Shown: positions 12,831-27,125 of the stretch, in pieces | Layout: every line of letters starts with the position of its first letter | How positions within the stretch are numbered: position 1 is the first letter of the stretch | Origin: Chiloscyllium plagiosum | Taxonomy: Eukaryota | Direction of reading: 5' to 3' | NCBI RefSeq assembly: GCF_004010195.1 | Contig: NC_057718.1 | Span: 50,725,018 to 50,789,017, forward strand | DNA: 64,000 bases | The notes under the pieces: generated by a model | Databases searched by the model: none | What the model was told of the DNA's origin: nothing | Seen by the model: the letters and a program-made list of their open reading frames with translations, nothing else | Program-made: the position numbers and the translations under genes

Positions 12831-14249
12831 TAATTCCTGCAGCTAATTCCTTTGAAATGCTAATGAGGTTGTCATTGTTGAATACCTGGAAACATGTTGA
12901 ATAGCTGGAAGCATTGCAGAAATGTGGTGTATAAGGGTGCACTGATGTTACACATGAACCTTTGAACTGAGTACTACCAGTAGTTTAGTGATGAGGGCAT
13001 AGTGAACTGAACAGTACCTGGACCCAATGCTACATTTGTTGAGGTGAAGTACTTGAAGATACGCTCAATCACTTTGATCACTCATATGAGATAATTGAAT
13101 TTCATGTGCGACTACCATGAGCAGGTGAGGGGCTGTTTGGGGTGGGGGGAGGTGGAATATGGATGAGACAGGCTGATGTACTCATCAGGTATGAACAGCC
13201 AGTTGTTTCGGCTGCCACACTAGACCATGGCATATGGCCCGTGGCTGGGATGATGTCTTTAAATATGAATATTTCAAAAGGTATTTTAGGTAAGTACCAA
13301 TTAACATGATGGTTGCGAAAAGTAGCCTGAACTGTCTTCTGGTAAGGCTATTGAACACTTCGCCCTATCTCTCAGGTATTCATTTCTACTAGAACTTATG
13401 GATTTAGGAGAATCTGTAATTGTTATTTAGAGAATGCATGAGATTCCCACACTGAAGGAAGTTGTGGAGATTTGCTTCTATTGGTCTGCATTGACAGTGT
13501 TGATTCCCTTAAAATAATTATGAGGTTAGCAAGGATTCAATGACTGGTTGGCATGTTGATGGTTACAAACAAGTTGCATATTAGCTGGTATTTTGTTTTT
13601 TTCTTTTAAGAACATTTGTTTGTTGTTGCACGTATGGCATTGATCTTAATTAATGAGGCTAGAGTTTACCAGTCCTTTGGAGGCAGGCTGTGAAGTGGGG
13701 AGGATGGCAAGATGGTGCAGGAAGTTGGCATACCCCTCATCTTTCCATAGGCATGTCCTCTTGACACTCTCTTCCTGCTCATGCTATTTTACCAGCTGCT
13801 AGGACCCCTATGCTCTAGGACACCACCAGGTAAACCATGGAAGGTTCCTATTATGCCACCCAATAGGCCTTCCTATTTGGGTGTTCCTTGGCCCACGGAC
13901 AGACAAACTGGTAGCAATGGACATCCTGAACAAACATACCACCTGCTCACACCAACACCTAGTGCCAAGACGTGCCTAGTAACCTTCCTTGGTTGTGAGA
14001 GGCCCTTGTGTGTTCATCTTGCAGGAGTAATATCACTTGTGGCCATCAATCCTGATTGCACTATTGAATTGCTGAGCCACTGACTGGGAGCTGGTTGCCT
14101 TTCATAAAAATTAATTCACCACTGCTGACAAGATGCTACTCTGGATTTTGCTGATTGCAATAGCCAGCTTGATCTTCCACTTTTAGATATATTGGCAATA
14201 GTCCTGAGCATCAACACTAAATTCATTTTTATCATTTTCATTCATTTGT

Positions 14250-15170
14250 CAGCAAAACCTCATAGATAAGGATGACTCTCTTTCACTCTCAGGGTCAGTC
14301 CATAGGTGGCTGTATAGACAAATCCAGCTACCACAGGATCTGTTACACCTGAGGCAGAAGGTGGTCATGGGAAGGGGTGGGGGGGTGGGGGGCATTGATG
14401 TTGCCTGACTTCCCTTTTTCCTGACATCAAGTCTTGAGGTGCTCGACACCTTCCCGGATGCACATCCTCCACTTTGGACGGCCTTGGGCCAGTGATTCCC
14501 GGGTGTCTGTGGAAATGTGGCACTTTCCAGTGAGGCCTTCAGTGTATCACTGAAGCATTTCATTTGTCCGCCTGAGGCTTGCCTGCTGTTTCGGAGCTGG
14601 GAGTACAGCACCTGTGTTGGGAGTGTCGCATTGGTCATGCAGAAGATGTGCCCAGCCCATCGTAGCCGATCAAGGCTTATTGCTGGGGATGTTGGCCTTG
14701 TTGAGCTTTTAAGTGCTAATGCATCTTTCTACCTAGTGGATTCACAGGATCTTGTGTAGGAAGCATCGGTGGTACTGCTCCAGAACCTTGAGGTGTCTGC
14801 GGTAGAGCCATATAGGAACCTCTGTAAACCATGATCTTGGTGTCACATTTGATGTTGTTCTCTTCAAACACCCTTTTCCTCAGGTGGCCAAAGGCTGCAC
14901 TTGCTTACTGGATCCAGTGCTGGATCTCTTCACCAATAGCTGCTTTGGCTGACAGGACACTCCCGAGGTACTGGAAGTTGTCAATGTTGTCTCAGGCCTC
15001 CCCATAGACCTTGATGATCAGGGGTTTGCTCCACAATGCCAGGCCAGGTAGGTAGAAGAACTTTGTCTTGTGGATATTCAGGGTGAAATCCATGCTCTCA
15101 TGTGCCTTCAAAGAGGTGCTGAAGATGGTATGGAGTACATCCTCCGAGATTGCACACAAGCAAGCATTTT
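14250..15170 (-). mobile_element. RTE (BovB-like clade) LINE 3' fragment
   Basis: LPTQVLYSQLRNSRQASGGQMKCFSDTLKASL and terminal CLRCNRSCGSWICLYSH match the RTE C-terminus; upstream TLNIHKTK motif. Confidence 0.85.
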
Positions 15171-15769
15171 TATCACATGACATTCACGGTTATCCATATG
15201 AGAAGCATTATTTTCATGTACAAGGTACCATAGTGATTTCAATCAATATGCTTTCATTGAACGAATATACATTGTGCTATATAAAAGGACTTCTCTGCTC
15301 CATTCTTTTCAATGCCATTTCCAGCTCACCTGCACGGCTTTTGCTCACTGCTGCTGCTACAAATTGCTTTTTTTGTAAATTCACATTCTTTTCATCAGCT
15401 AGCTTACATTTGATCATTTACTATCCTCAGACGGCACTGTCTCTAATGAGACTACATTCTCCATTAAATCCAATACATATTGATCAGTGGGCACTCTGTG
15501 AGCTTGAATCCTGATATTAATCACATATTTAGTGTGCAACATACTTCTAAGGTGGAAAATATGCCTCATATTTATTGATTAAATCCATTAGTTTCCCTGC
15601 ATGCTGCCCTTCAACACATATACTATATTGTCAATCGGTATTGTCAATACTGACACTATATTGCACTATATTGTCAATCCCTCTTGAATCCCTGTCAAAC
15701 ATGTCAACAAACTGTCCTTTAATTTTCTGATTTATCTCATAAGCCTGTTACAATACGACATAAAAAATA

Positions 15770-15965
15770 CATACAAACAGGAAGCAGGAGTAGGCGATTT
15801 GGTTCTTCAAGCCTGCTCTACTGTTCAATGAGATCATGACTGATCGGATTGTAACCTCATTTGCCCAACCTCCCTCCCCGATCACCTTTCATGCCCTTGC
15901 ATATCCAGAATCTGTTCACCTCCACTTGAAACATATTCAGGAACTCAGCTTCCACCACTGCAGGA
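15770..15965 (-). mobile_element. CR1 3' UTR remnant
   Basis: ggaagcaggagtaggcgatttgg...ttcaatgagatcatgactgatc is the reverse complement of a CR1 tail. Confidence 0.7.
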
Positions 15966-18419
15966 ATTCGATGAATTGCGTGTAAAATCCACTGGCAAAG
16001 TAGTAGTATACTTTTGCTTCTTTGGATTTGATCCTCAGTATTATGTACCATTTATCCATCATTTTGGGTAAATTTGCTATTAAATATAACCATCAATTCC
16101 ATTTCTCTTTGTGGGCAACATACCTTAAAAATTTGCATTTACTGTATTTGAATGAAAGCACAAATCCCAATGCTACAAAAAAGCATTAAGGATCTGTGAG
16201 TGTCTTACCTTTCTCTTTGACTTTTCTCTTTATAAATTGATGAGCTTCTGTTTACACACAATAAATATTTAGTCTTTCATTGTTTATTTTGTCATCATTT
16301 TATTTTGACCTTGGCCCTTTTTTATTTGTGCCTAAATCAATCAACACTTCAACCTTAAGATGAAACTCATTATTGACTTGGGTATACATACAAGATAATG
16401 TTGAAACTCATTTTTATAGTAGCATGGACAATACAATGCTCCAACTATAATCAGCCTCTTAAAACACAAAGCAACTGACATGTCTAAAATATGTAAAATC
16501 CATAAAGTAACTAACTCATCATAATTTAATACAATACTTGGTGTAAAAATAGAACTGCCAGGAGACCAACTAAGATCTTACTTCGAAATATGATGTAACG
16601 ACTTTTAGACGTTCTGTATTTCATTGTCTTATCAGACCTTTTCAATAGGTTTTTAAAAAGTTGTCTTCTCTTGCTACAATAATTTTTCCCATAGGTAGGT
16701 ACAAAATGATTTCAACCCCATACACTCTAGAAGAGTATTAATTAACATTTGTTTTTATGTATGATAATTTACTGTGGTACATAAAAAAAAGGGTTGATTT
16801 TCATCTTTATCACCTGGATATTAGCATTGCAATGGCAAAGAGCAGAAAGAAAATCTTCTGGGAAGTTTGCACACTGGTAACAGGTCCCTATTTTAGTTAT
16901 CTTCTGCTCCCAGGGATAAAGATGAAAATCCATCCTATGATCTTCATAACAAAACATAATTTAACACACCTCAGGCTTATTGTTCAGAAATGATTTTTTC
17001 TTTATTTTTGAACTACAGTTGAATGTTTATTTTCATATCCATATTGTTATGTTACAAAGGCAATCCTTGTTTTCTGCGCTCACCTCACTTCGATTAAATC
17101 AAGTACTAAAATCTGAATTTACTTATTTTTTAAATGGTAAATGCCTATATTATGTGGGGGTGGGGGTGGAGGGGGTGGGTGGGAATCATGCATTCAGATA
17201 TTCAAAACTGGTTTGGAAGATGTTTCATGTTTTAGAAAACCTTACTGGCAAAGATCCAGCATATACTTGTCCCCAAGAATTATCCTTTGTCTGGGACTCA
17301 GCTAGAATAAACTTTGCCCAAATGACTGTCAACCAGTCTTTGCACATACTGCGAATGACAGCAATTCCTGACAAGTATTTGATTGCCTCTAAATAGATTT
17401 TTGGGCTGCAGTAGCTGTTTGTGATCAAAGCAGAGCTCACTGGGGCACTCTTGTCACTCTGTGAGAAAGGCAGCTGATTAGTTATTCAGCAGTAGCTTCA
17501 GGTTGATGAGAAGTCCCTTACTGAGATGGCCTTGTTACCTCTCAACTTACAATTACAGCTTTCCACCACCTACTGACAAATTAAAGGCAGAAGCTAAGAG
17601 GTATTGTGTAATCTGTATCTTGCAGCTTCAATTTGGTCATTATTCTGTAGCGACTGGAGTTTCTTTTATCCTTAACTGGACTTTTATTATTCTTCAGAGC
17701 TAAGAATGATTAAATTTGTTCTCAAGATCCCGCATTCTGGTGCTTCTCAAATTTAAATATGTAGAAAAAACAGAAATGATTTTTCAGATGTAACTGAATA
17801 TAAGATAACTCACTACCATTTTGTCTCTCCCTCTGGAGAACTTGTAGAAATAAATTACTTTCCCAGGGCTGTATTGAAGAACTACATACATTAAAAGGAA
17901 CAGACAGTCCAATTCTTATTGACCTATCTGTTGTTGCTTCATTTTATTTCTTCAATCTTTTCCTTCTCCTTGATTCAGGCAACAAAAATGAGTACAACAA
18001 GTTCGACATCGGAATTAGAGGGACAATTCTCAACCCTGCCCACCTAGCGAGTGTAGTGTGTGCCAGAAGCTAAAATTATGCCCTTCATGTTAACCATGCA
18101 GTTTTAAAGCACCCACCAGAGCCTTAATTTGTCAATCAGTCTTACAACACAATTGGGACTGTAATGCCATTTTTACAGAAAATCTTAGAGGTTCTGCTCC
18201 ACGACCCAATGCAACCTAGCAAGACTAGCCTCTCAGAGCTGCTGAAGCAGTATCTGAGGTTAGTCAGTTACTGCAGGTAAGTGGATTACAATTTTGTGCC
18301 ATTGTTCTAAGTGGATTGTTTGGAGACTTTCCAGTTTCTAGCTCACTTGTTTTCCACACTTTCTGTCATATTTAACCTGAGGAAGCTGTTTGCTTTGGGG
18401 GCAGTTATTAGAACAACAA

Positions 18420-18945
18420 GAGCTTATAGCACAGGAGGAGGCTATTTGGCCCATGATGTTGACCCTTTGAAAGATCAGGGATGCTATTCCCACATTCCCA
18501 TTTTTTTCCCTGTAACCCTATAAGTTATTCATCTACACTCTGTGCAATTCTGTTTTTAAAAAATGTACTAAATTAGCATTCGCCACTTTTTTAGGCTAAG
18601 TATTTTAGATTAAATTGCATCATTTACTAATAATTTTAAATCTATGGTCTTTGAACTGATGGCTAATAAGCTATATGATTTTCTTTACTAAGTGTCCAGA
18701 TTCATTTTAAGGATTTGTGTGTATGAACATTAAGGCCTTACTGTTTGCTTACATTTTTGAGAAACAAGCCCTTTATAGTACAATTCTTTCTATATTAAAT
18801 CATCCATGTGAATCACTTCAAATCTCTCCGGAATTGAACTCTTATCTGCCATGTTTTAGGAAGAATCTATAACTATCCTTATCACAAGTTACAACATTGC
18901 CGAGTTTTGCATCATCTGCAAATTTTCAAATGTGAATCTTTAACC
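18420..18945 (-). mobile_element. Highly decayed CR1 remnant
   Basis: Tail-like agcacaggaggaggctatttggccc; catcatctgcaaatt encodes FADD on the minus strand. Confidence 0.5.
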
Positions 18946-21900
18946 AGAAACCGGATTACACAATCGTAATTTAATTCTGCTTGATTTTGGTTTGGGGAAT
19001 GCTTTGGCATGTGTTGGGGAATCCCATCCCTTGAGGACCTCTCAAGAAACATTTGAAAACCTAAGACTATAGATCATTACCCCAGAGTTAATTTTCTCCA
19101 TACTAGCGGTTAGGAATTAGACCTCACTTTGAGGTATCTTGTCACTGTTGTAGGGAGAAATTTCAAAGAGGAGTCTTGAGTTCTGTGTTCCATAGTACAA
19201 GCAATCTTTATTCAGAGCTCTTATACCACATGTGTTGGAGAGGCCAGAGACTGCTCCAAAGCTTGCTTTCACGTGGGGCCCAGTTGCCCTCTTATGTATG
19301 GCTCAGTAGAGGAAAAGTCTATGATACTCTATTTTTCCCAAGCTTAATACAGCATTTTTTATCCTTTTCACAATTACAATAATTTTACTTGCAACATTGA
19401 TGTAATTGTTAGCTACATCCCTCTAATCAATACATCTAATCCAATAAGCACACAATTAATGATGGACAACTCCCTTAATTCATGATGTTTATCAGATTCC
19501 TCCATCATGTGTCTTTGGGAGCCTACAATGCTTCTGACAAGTATACTCCTTCTTACATATTTGTCAGCTGCACTGCATTTTTTGCCAATAACTTTTCACC
19601 AGGAACCCTTCCAAATTCTTTACTAACTTTAGTATGGGAGATTAAGAATTGCTATAAAGTCTTTAAAATGTAACGTGACTACAATTCTGTGACATAGCTG
19701 ATAAACTGGGAACAATCCTTATCTCACTTCAGCCTGAGAGATCAAACAGTCCTTCTGACTTGCAGTTGCAATTAGAACTCCCCCCCCCCCCAGTCTTATA
19801 TTGTAAGTAAGTTTTAAACCACAGTTTAGTTCTTGAATGAATCTTTTATTGTTTCTATTCTAAACACTTCTCATTACTAGATTTCTTAATGAAAAACACC
19901 TATTCAAATTCCACTGATGAGGATGAAATTGAAATACTTTACAATTTATCAAGTCATTAAATGAAACTTGTTTATATTCCACAAGCAACTAGGGGACATA
20001 ACCATATCTTCACTCTGTATTTTGTACCTGTTTCTGTCACTTTTCCCTTGATCTTCGGATATAACAATCTGCACTTAAGTGACAATTGTTTATCTCCGGC
20101 TGTTTTACAACCTCTATAACTCTCTTACAAGTTATTTTTTAGATCATTTGTTGCACTATCTTCCCTGCTACTGAGGGTGCCTCTTCTTGTTGTCTACACT
20201 TGGCTGGTCATAAAAATTGAACTGACCCTTTTACTCTAATTTGTTGTTTGCACTTCTAACTTAGAATTACCTAAAAAGTTCAGAATACTGTAGGATCAGA
20301 CTTTTTCTTCTACTTTTTATTGAATAACAAACTTGGGATTGTGGCAAAAGTAGACCTTTCAAACATGCCCCTTAATAAAATGCTTATTCAGAACTTCCTA
20401 CTTACAGAAACCTGAGTAAATTCCCTATTGTTTCTCCTCATCAAGACCCTTTTTATGACTCCTCATGAGACCTTTCATTATCTTATCTGGTAACTCTGCA
20501 TGGAGACTACAAGTCTGGCTGTGATCATCTGATATACGTAGTTTCCAACACCTGTCAGCCATCTTGTGTCAGCTTACAAAGCCCCAGGCAACCATTTCAT
20601 CATGGGCCACTGCAACATCACTTTAAATAGGTCTTGGTAACCCCAGTGACCCAGGATCATGCCATATCCTGATGTGATCACTGAGCAGCCTGGATGTCAA
20701 ATTGAAATGAGACCTAAGCATTGAGTTCACTACCATCTCACCCTAGCCTTGTCACTCATCCTCTGCATTTTCCAATTCCCACTGAATTAAAATTGGAGCT
20801 TCTGCCACGATTATTTTGATGTATAAATTAATATTTAAGATGTATAAATTTACCTCTCTGCCTTTTTTCTAAACGTAATTTTATTTATTATGTGAGGTGC
20901 TGCAAACTATAATGAGAAGCATGCAGGAATGAAAATATACATTTCTCATCCAACTCAGCACGTGAAAAGTCATATATTATGTATACATGACATCGTATAC
21001 AAATATTTCAGCTAACCTTTATTATTCTCATCTCACCATACCTGTTTTGTGAATACTCATAGAACTATCCCTGTCCACACCACTTACCACAATGTCCCCA
21101 CCCCACTGGGTAGTTAGGGGAATGTTAGGATAATGGTAACACTTGAAACGTCTTCTGGTCAAAAGGCCAGTCCCTAAACCCAGCTGATTAACAGGAGGAA
21201 GGAGAAATGTGAAGCAGAAGGGAAACTTCAATGACTTTTCAGCCTGTGAATCAGGGAAACTAGCACAAGGAGATCAAGCCTCAGTCAAAAGTCTTGAACA
21301 CATAATCTAGTCTGGCATTTCTATGCTGTACTGATGGAAGTGCCGAGGAGCAATAGATATTTTCTGTAAGCAGATCAGTTGTAATCTGCTGTATTTATTT
21401 TTCTACGGCTTATCTATATTTAAAAGTTATGTTTTATAGTTGCTTATTCACAAACAGAGCATTAACTCCATTGCTTTTCAATAGGTTATGAAATGGCTGA
21501 TGATGCAGTCAGCAATCTAAGTATATTGATGAGGACTTTATTTCAACAACTAAACACACTACATTACCAGATTTTTGTCATATAAAGACATATTGATAGG
21601 GAATACTGATAGAATCTGTTACAGTGCATTAGCATGGAACGTGTGAGAATTTTCTGAGCAAAATATCAAAAATGAAACAGATAAAACTCGCGAAAATATT
21701 GCATCAGTGTAAGCTGTATTACATTTGATGTAATGGAAAAGAAAATGGACTGATTGACGAAACAGCCTGTCTAACGTCATCTTTTTAATGTACGTTATGT
21801 GTGTTATTTTAGATCAATCTGGAATACAACAATGAAAGCCACAGGTTGTGTCCTTCCAAAGAGAAACCTTTCACTACCTGTAATCAACATTTACCAGTTA

Positions 21901-22406
21901 TAAAAGGCAAGGACAATCTGGAAGCCAATCAGCCTTTAAGGATTTAGTATAGATTCAGGCACTTGTAATTATTGATAATACCTACATATTATTCTATTTG
22001 TTGTATTTGTTTTATGAGTTTATTTATGTAAGTTAGTTGTGTACACCATACAATGACAAGATACTTCCGAATGGATTCACAATAGTTATGTTGCTCTCTT
22101 CATGGCATTAGGATAATCTGCACAGATGAAATCAGTTTTGGTGTCTTTGCAAAAAACAAATACAGTAAATAAGTCAAAAGAAGAAGAAGTTGAGAAAATA
22201 ATGTAGGAAAGGGAGACAAAAGAAGGCCAGGAAAGAATGAAAGAAAGTATGGTATAGGATGGAAGAAGTATAAAAGCTGGAGGTAATGGCAACGGGTAGA
22301 TTAAATTTTCATGAATAAAGATTTATACAGTAAGTAAATATTCAAGCAAACGTGCAACATATAAATCACAAGATGTGGCAGAACAGGAAATCATGAGAAA
22401 ATAAAT

Positions 22407-22727
22407 GATTAGATTAGATTACATTACATTACAGCATGGAAACAGGCCCTTCGGCCCAACAAGTCCACACCGACCCGCCGAAGCGCAACCCACCTATACC
22501 CCTACATTTACCCCTTCACCTAACACTATGGGCAATTTAGCATGGCCAATTCACCTGACCTGCACATCTTTGGACTGTGGGAAGAAACCGGAGCACCCGG
22601 AGGAAACCCACGCAGACACAGGGAGAATGTGCAAACTCCACACAGTCAGTCGCCTGAGGCCGGAATTGAACCCGGGTCTCAGGCTCTGTGAGGCAGCAGT
22701 GCTAACCACTGTGCCAACGTGCCGCCC
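22407..22727 (-). mobile_element. Full-length HE1-type SINE
   Basis: Reverse tRNA head (gctaaccactgtgccaacgtgccgccc), (gatta)n tail; flanked by aaaataaat (22398-22406) and aaaatgaat (22728-22736). Confidence 0.92.
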
Positions 22728-22876
22728 AAAATGAATCAGGAAAGATTGAACAGGATAGGACTTCTTTCTCTAGAATGAAAAGGAGTGAGAGATGATTTAA
22801 TCAATGCCTTTTTTGTTTGTTTAGGCAGTCATGAAGAAAATAGATCCATTTCTGAAGAGTTTCAAGACTAGTATAA

Positions 22877-24265
22877 GATAGAACATAGAACATAGATCAC
22901 AGAACAATACAGCGCAGAACAGGCCCTTTGGCTCTCAATGTTGCGCTGACCTGTGAACTATTCTCAGTTCATTCCCCTACACTATCCCATCCATGTGCTT
23001 ATCCAAGGATTGTTTAAGTGTCCCTAATGTGGCTGAGTTAACTACATTGGCAGGTAGGGCATTCCACACCCTTACCACTCTCTGAGTAAAGAACCTGCTT
23101 CTGACATCTGCCTTAAATCTATCACCCCTCAATTTGTAGTTATGCCCCCTCGTACAAGCTGACATCATCATCCTAGGAAAAAGACTTTCACTGTCTACTC
23201 TGTCTAATCCTCTGATCATTTTGGATGTCTCTATCAAATCCCCTCTTAGCCTTCATCTTTCCAATGAGAACAGACACAAGTCTCTCAGTCTTTCCTCATA
23301 AGACCTTCCCTCCAGACCAGCCAATATCCTGGTAAATCTCCTCTGCACTTTTTCCAATGCTTCCCCATCCTTCCCGAAATATGGTGACCAGTACTGTACA
23401 CAATATTCCATATGCGGCCGCACTAATGTTTTGTATAATTGCAGCATGATATTGCGGCTCCGGAACTCAATCCCTCTCCCGATGAAACCTAATGCACCAT
23501 ATGCCTTCTTAACAGCACTATCAACCTGGGTGGCAACTTTCAGGGATCTATGTATTGGACTCCAAGATCTCTCTGCACATCCACACTACCAAGAATCTTT
23601 CCATTGACCCAGTACTCTGCCATCCTGTTATTTTTCCCAAAGTGCATCACCTTACATTTAGCTGCATTGAACTCCATTTGCCAACTTTCAGCCCAATTCT
23701 GCAATTTATCCACGTCCCCTTGCAACCTGTAACATTCTTCCAAACTGTCCACTACTCCACCGACTTTTATGTCATCTGCAAATTTACTAATCCACCCACC
23801 TATGGCTGCATCCACGTCATTTATAAAAATGACAAACAGCAGTAGCCCCAAAACAGATCCTTGTGGCACACCACTAGTAACCGGACTCCAGGCTGAATAT
23901 TTTGTATCAACCACCACTTGCTGTCTTTTTTCAGAAAACCAGTTTCTAATCCAAACTGCTAAATCACCTTCAATCCCATGCCTATGCATTTTCTCCAACA
24001 GCTTACCATGTGGAACCTTATCAAAAGCTTTACTGAAGTCTATATATACCACGTCAACTGCCCTACCCTCATCTACATGCTTGGTCACCTTCTCAAAAAA
24101 CTCAATGAGGTTTGTGAGACATGACCTGCCCTTGACGAAACCATGTTGACTATCTGAAATCAACTTGTTGATTGCTAGATGTTTATAAATATTATCTCTT
24201 GTAATCCTTTCCAAAACCTTTCCTACAACAGAAGTAAGGCTCACTGGTCTATAATTACCTGGGTC
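22877..24265 (-). mobile_element. Relatively young 5'-truncated CR1 LINE (RT domain to tail)
   Basis: 234-aa ORF with QHGFVKGRSCLTNL, DFSKAFDKVPH, GVPQGSVLG and KFADD; (tagaaca)n tail; agatag on both flanks. Confidence 0.96.
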
Positions 24266-24387
24266 AGATAGCCAGTAATAAATTCAATATCTAAATGAAG
24301 AGAAACTATTTTTGTGAGAAAGACTTTACCTCAAATGTTCCAACAACAAGGAGTAGGTACCATACATTTGTTTAAGATATGGAGGCA

Positions 24388-24502
24388 CTGGTGTTGGACT
24401 GGGTTGGACAAAATTAAAAAATCATACAACACCAGATTACAGCCCATTATAGGTTTATTTGAAAGTTTGGACTATCACATGATGTGGTGTGATTTTAAAC
24501 AA
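24388..24502. mobile_element. Short fold-back remnant, probably Penelope-derived
   Basis: aaaatcatacaacaccag...tgtggtgtgatttt imperfect inverted repeat interrupting the old CR1. Confidence 0.45.
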
Positions 24503-25199
24503 CATTATTTAAGAGAGGTCAGAGAAATACATGAATCTGAAAGAAATGAAGGCCATACTGATAGGGTTAGAAAAAATAGAGTAGGAGGGACATGAACCAA
24601 ATGGGACAAATAGCTAATTCTGTGTGGTAAATTCTATGCTAATCTATATAAAGAAATGCAATAGCCTTTGAATGTATGCCCAAACATATAATATGTGATA
24701 ACTGGATCTGGAGTTGTTTTTAAATTGGTGCAGCTGAGACCAATTTGCCCTTTATACATCCCAATCTTTCACTTGCCCAACTCTCCTCCCCCCACCAACC
24801 CAACAATATAGTAGAAAGGAAAATAAAAATGGATATGGAATGGACTGTCAATCAATAATCAGCTTGCTAAAAGCAAAAATTACCCCATAGGAATCACAGA
24901 AGGAAAATAGGAAACTTACAGGTTCACTTTGCAGTTGTGGGCAAGAATAGAACTGATAGCAGAGAGATGTGGTAAAACAGTGACCTTAAATTGAAACAAC
25001 AAAGAAATGTAGACTAATTGTCAGTTAACAAAGAACTAAGAAAGAAACTTTGAAAAAGTGTTAATTTTTCATGAAGATGAACCTGTCTGATATGAGTACT
25101 GATAATCTGAAAACCATTTTTAATCATGCTCAAAATATTATAATCACAGGAGGCTTCCTGTAAGTCAAGGTATTGTTAGGAGCCTGATTTTGTCTGTGA

Positions 25200-25421
25200 C
25201 TAATTCACCTAGCCTGCATATGCCTAAACACTATGGACAATTTAGCATGGCCAATCCACCTAACCGCACATTTTTGGACTGTGGAAGGAAACTGGAGTAA
25301 ACCCATTCAGACACAAGGAGAATGTACAAACACCACGTAGACAGTTGCTGAGGGTGGAATTGAACCTGGCACCTCAGCACTGTGAGGCAGCAGTGTTAAT
25401 CACTGAGCCACCATACCACCC
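25200..25421 (-). mobile_element. HE1-type SINE, partial
   Basis: caatttagcatggccaatccacc...tgtgaggcagcagtgttaatcactgagccaccataccaccc. Confidence 0.88.
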
Positions 25422-27125
25422 TCTGTACAGGTTTCCCCACTGCCCGAGCACTTGCGCCTCCAGACCCTCCTGGATATGAAGTATGAGTAGAAAGAAACTA
25501 AGCATGGGTATCTGCTGTAAAATGAAAACAAGGCAGTGGGATTGGACCAAGAACTTCAATGTACAGTCAGATGCAGTTGATGGTTAAAGCAATTTGCCAG
25601 GGAAAGTTTTAATATGTATCATCAGATTGAAAATATAAGCCAGAAGACAATATTGGTGTGTTACAGGGGACAATCAGAAACGGAGCTGAGGAGAATAAGA
25701 TACTTCTGGATCTGATTTTAAGTAATGACCAGGATAGAATAGAAATGGTCGTATGCTCCCTGAAATATAAAGAAAGTCAGGCATCTTGACAAAGGTTAGA
25801 ATTCTAGAGCTCACTGGAGGTAGAATGGCTGGTTGTTAGGGGGAATGGCAGGGAGATTGGTAGGAGCTATGAATTTGAATATCATTTCTATGGCACCATG
25901 CCCTCTTCCACTGTGATTTTATGAGTGGCAGAGGTGGTGTCAGATAGCCTGCTGACTTGTAGGTCAACTGACATCCTCAGACGGCTAGATAATGGCCACA
26001 CCAAGGTCTCCTCCAACAACTTCCATGGAAGGAGAGGCCAGTGCCAGAAGACCAGACTATGTATTTAAACCCACATGATGTGGGTGATTCCCCTTTGAAA
26101 CCCCATCAGAGGCTTTCTGCAAAGTATTTCTTCCTGTTCCAAAGTATATTTCCTTTTCTCCATTCAATCCGTCCATCCATGCCTCTCATCCCCTCACCAC
26201 AATACAACTGCTGGAACCAAAGAAAGACTAGTTATTTGATTAACCAACAGCTATTGAAGGTGAAAATTCTTCCCAGATGGAAATAGGAAATTCAGCTCAT
26301 GAGTTAGAGAAGAAAACTCACGCAGTAGAAATTTCAGATAGGCAGCATTTGAGAGATAATTTCAGCTAAAGCTCAGTGGAAAAGGTTTCCAGTAAAAACA
26401 CATATGAACGTACAAAAAATGTTGGATAGGAATAGATGTGTTGGGCTATCCAGTCTGACCTACAAAATTGTGATACTTGTGTATTAATAATATACAATAC
26501 ACTCCAACTTTTCTGAGCAATGTTAAAACCCCAGAACAATTCGAGGTAAAAAAAACCTTGGACATTCCTCTGTGAATCAATGCTCGTTCAAGAGATCATC
26601 CTGAGTCTGAGAACTCCCTGCAGTTTCTTTATTTTTAAAGACTTGGTGATAGCTCTTAACAGAAATGATCCAAGTATCATTTTGGTGAGTTTCATGGAGG
26701 CTTTCTCTTTGTGAGGTGTAATGGACTTTCTCACACAATCTTCTCAAATTGTGCCCCATGATCTATGCACCACATCCCATGGCACTACACTTGTCATATT
26801 CTCCCACTCACCATAAACCACTTGCCATTGCTGGGACAGACCAGGATCACTGCCACCCTGTCATCTTTGGAGCCCAGTCATGCACCAAGTCAAGCACTGT
26901 TACTGTGCAAGTAATTGGAGAGCAATCACAAACCAACTATTCAAAGTGTACTATAAGGTCTCCCAAGGTTGTTGCAAGCATCAAAAACCTTGTCCTCCTT
27001 TGGCCCATTATCTGGTCTACCTGTCCCTGGATGAACAATCAATTGCATTTGTGCACACCTCAGAGGTCTCTGCACCAAAAATAATTGTAGAGGGAATATT
27101 GCTTTTGTGTCCCAATAATCACAAC

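Larger units (their letters stand above)
22740..24648 (+). mobile_element. Old CR1 3' fragment hosting younger insertions
   Basis: gaaagattgaacaggataggacttc...tataagatag resumes as agatagccagtaataaattc after 24265 and ends aattctatgctaatctat. Confidence 0.6.

Noticed and set aside
23540..24244. Active reverse transcriptase gene
   Set aside because: 5'-truncated, no endonuclease domain, frameshifted downstream.
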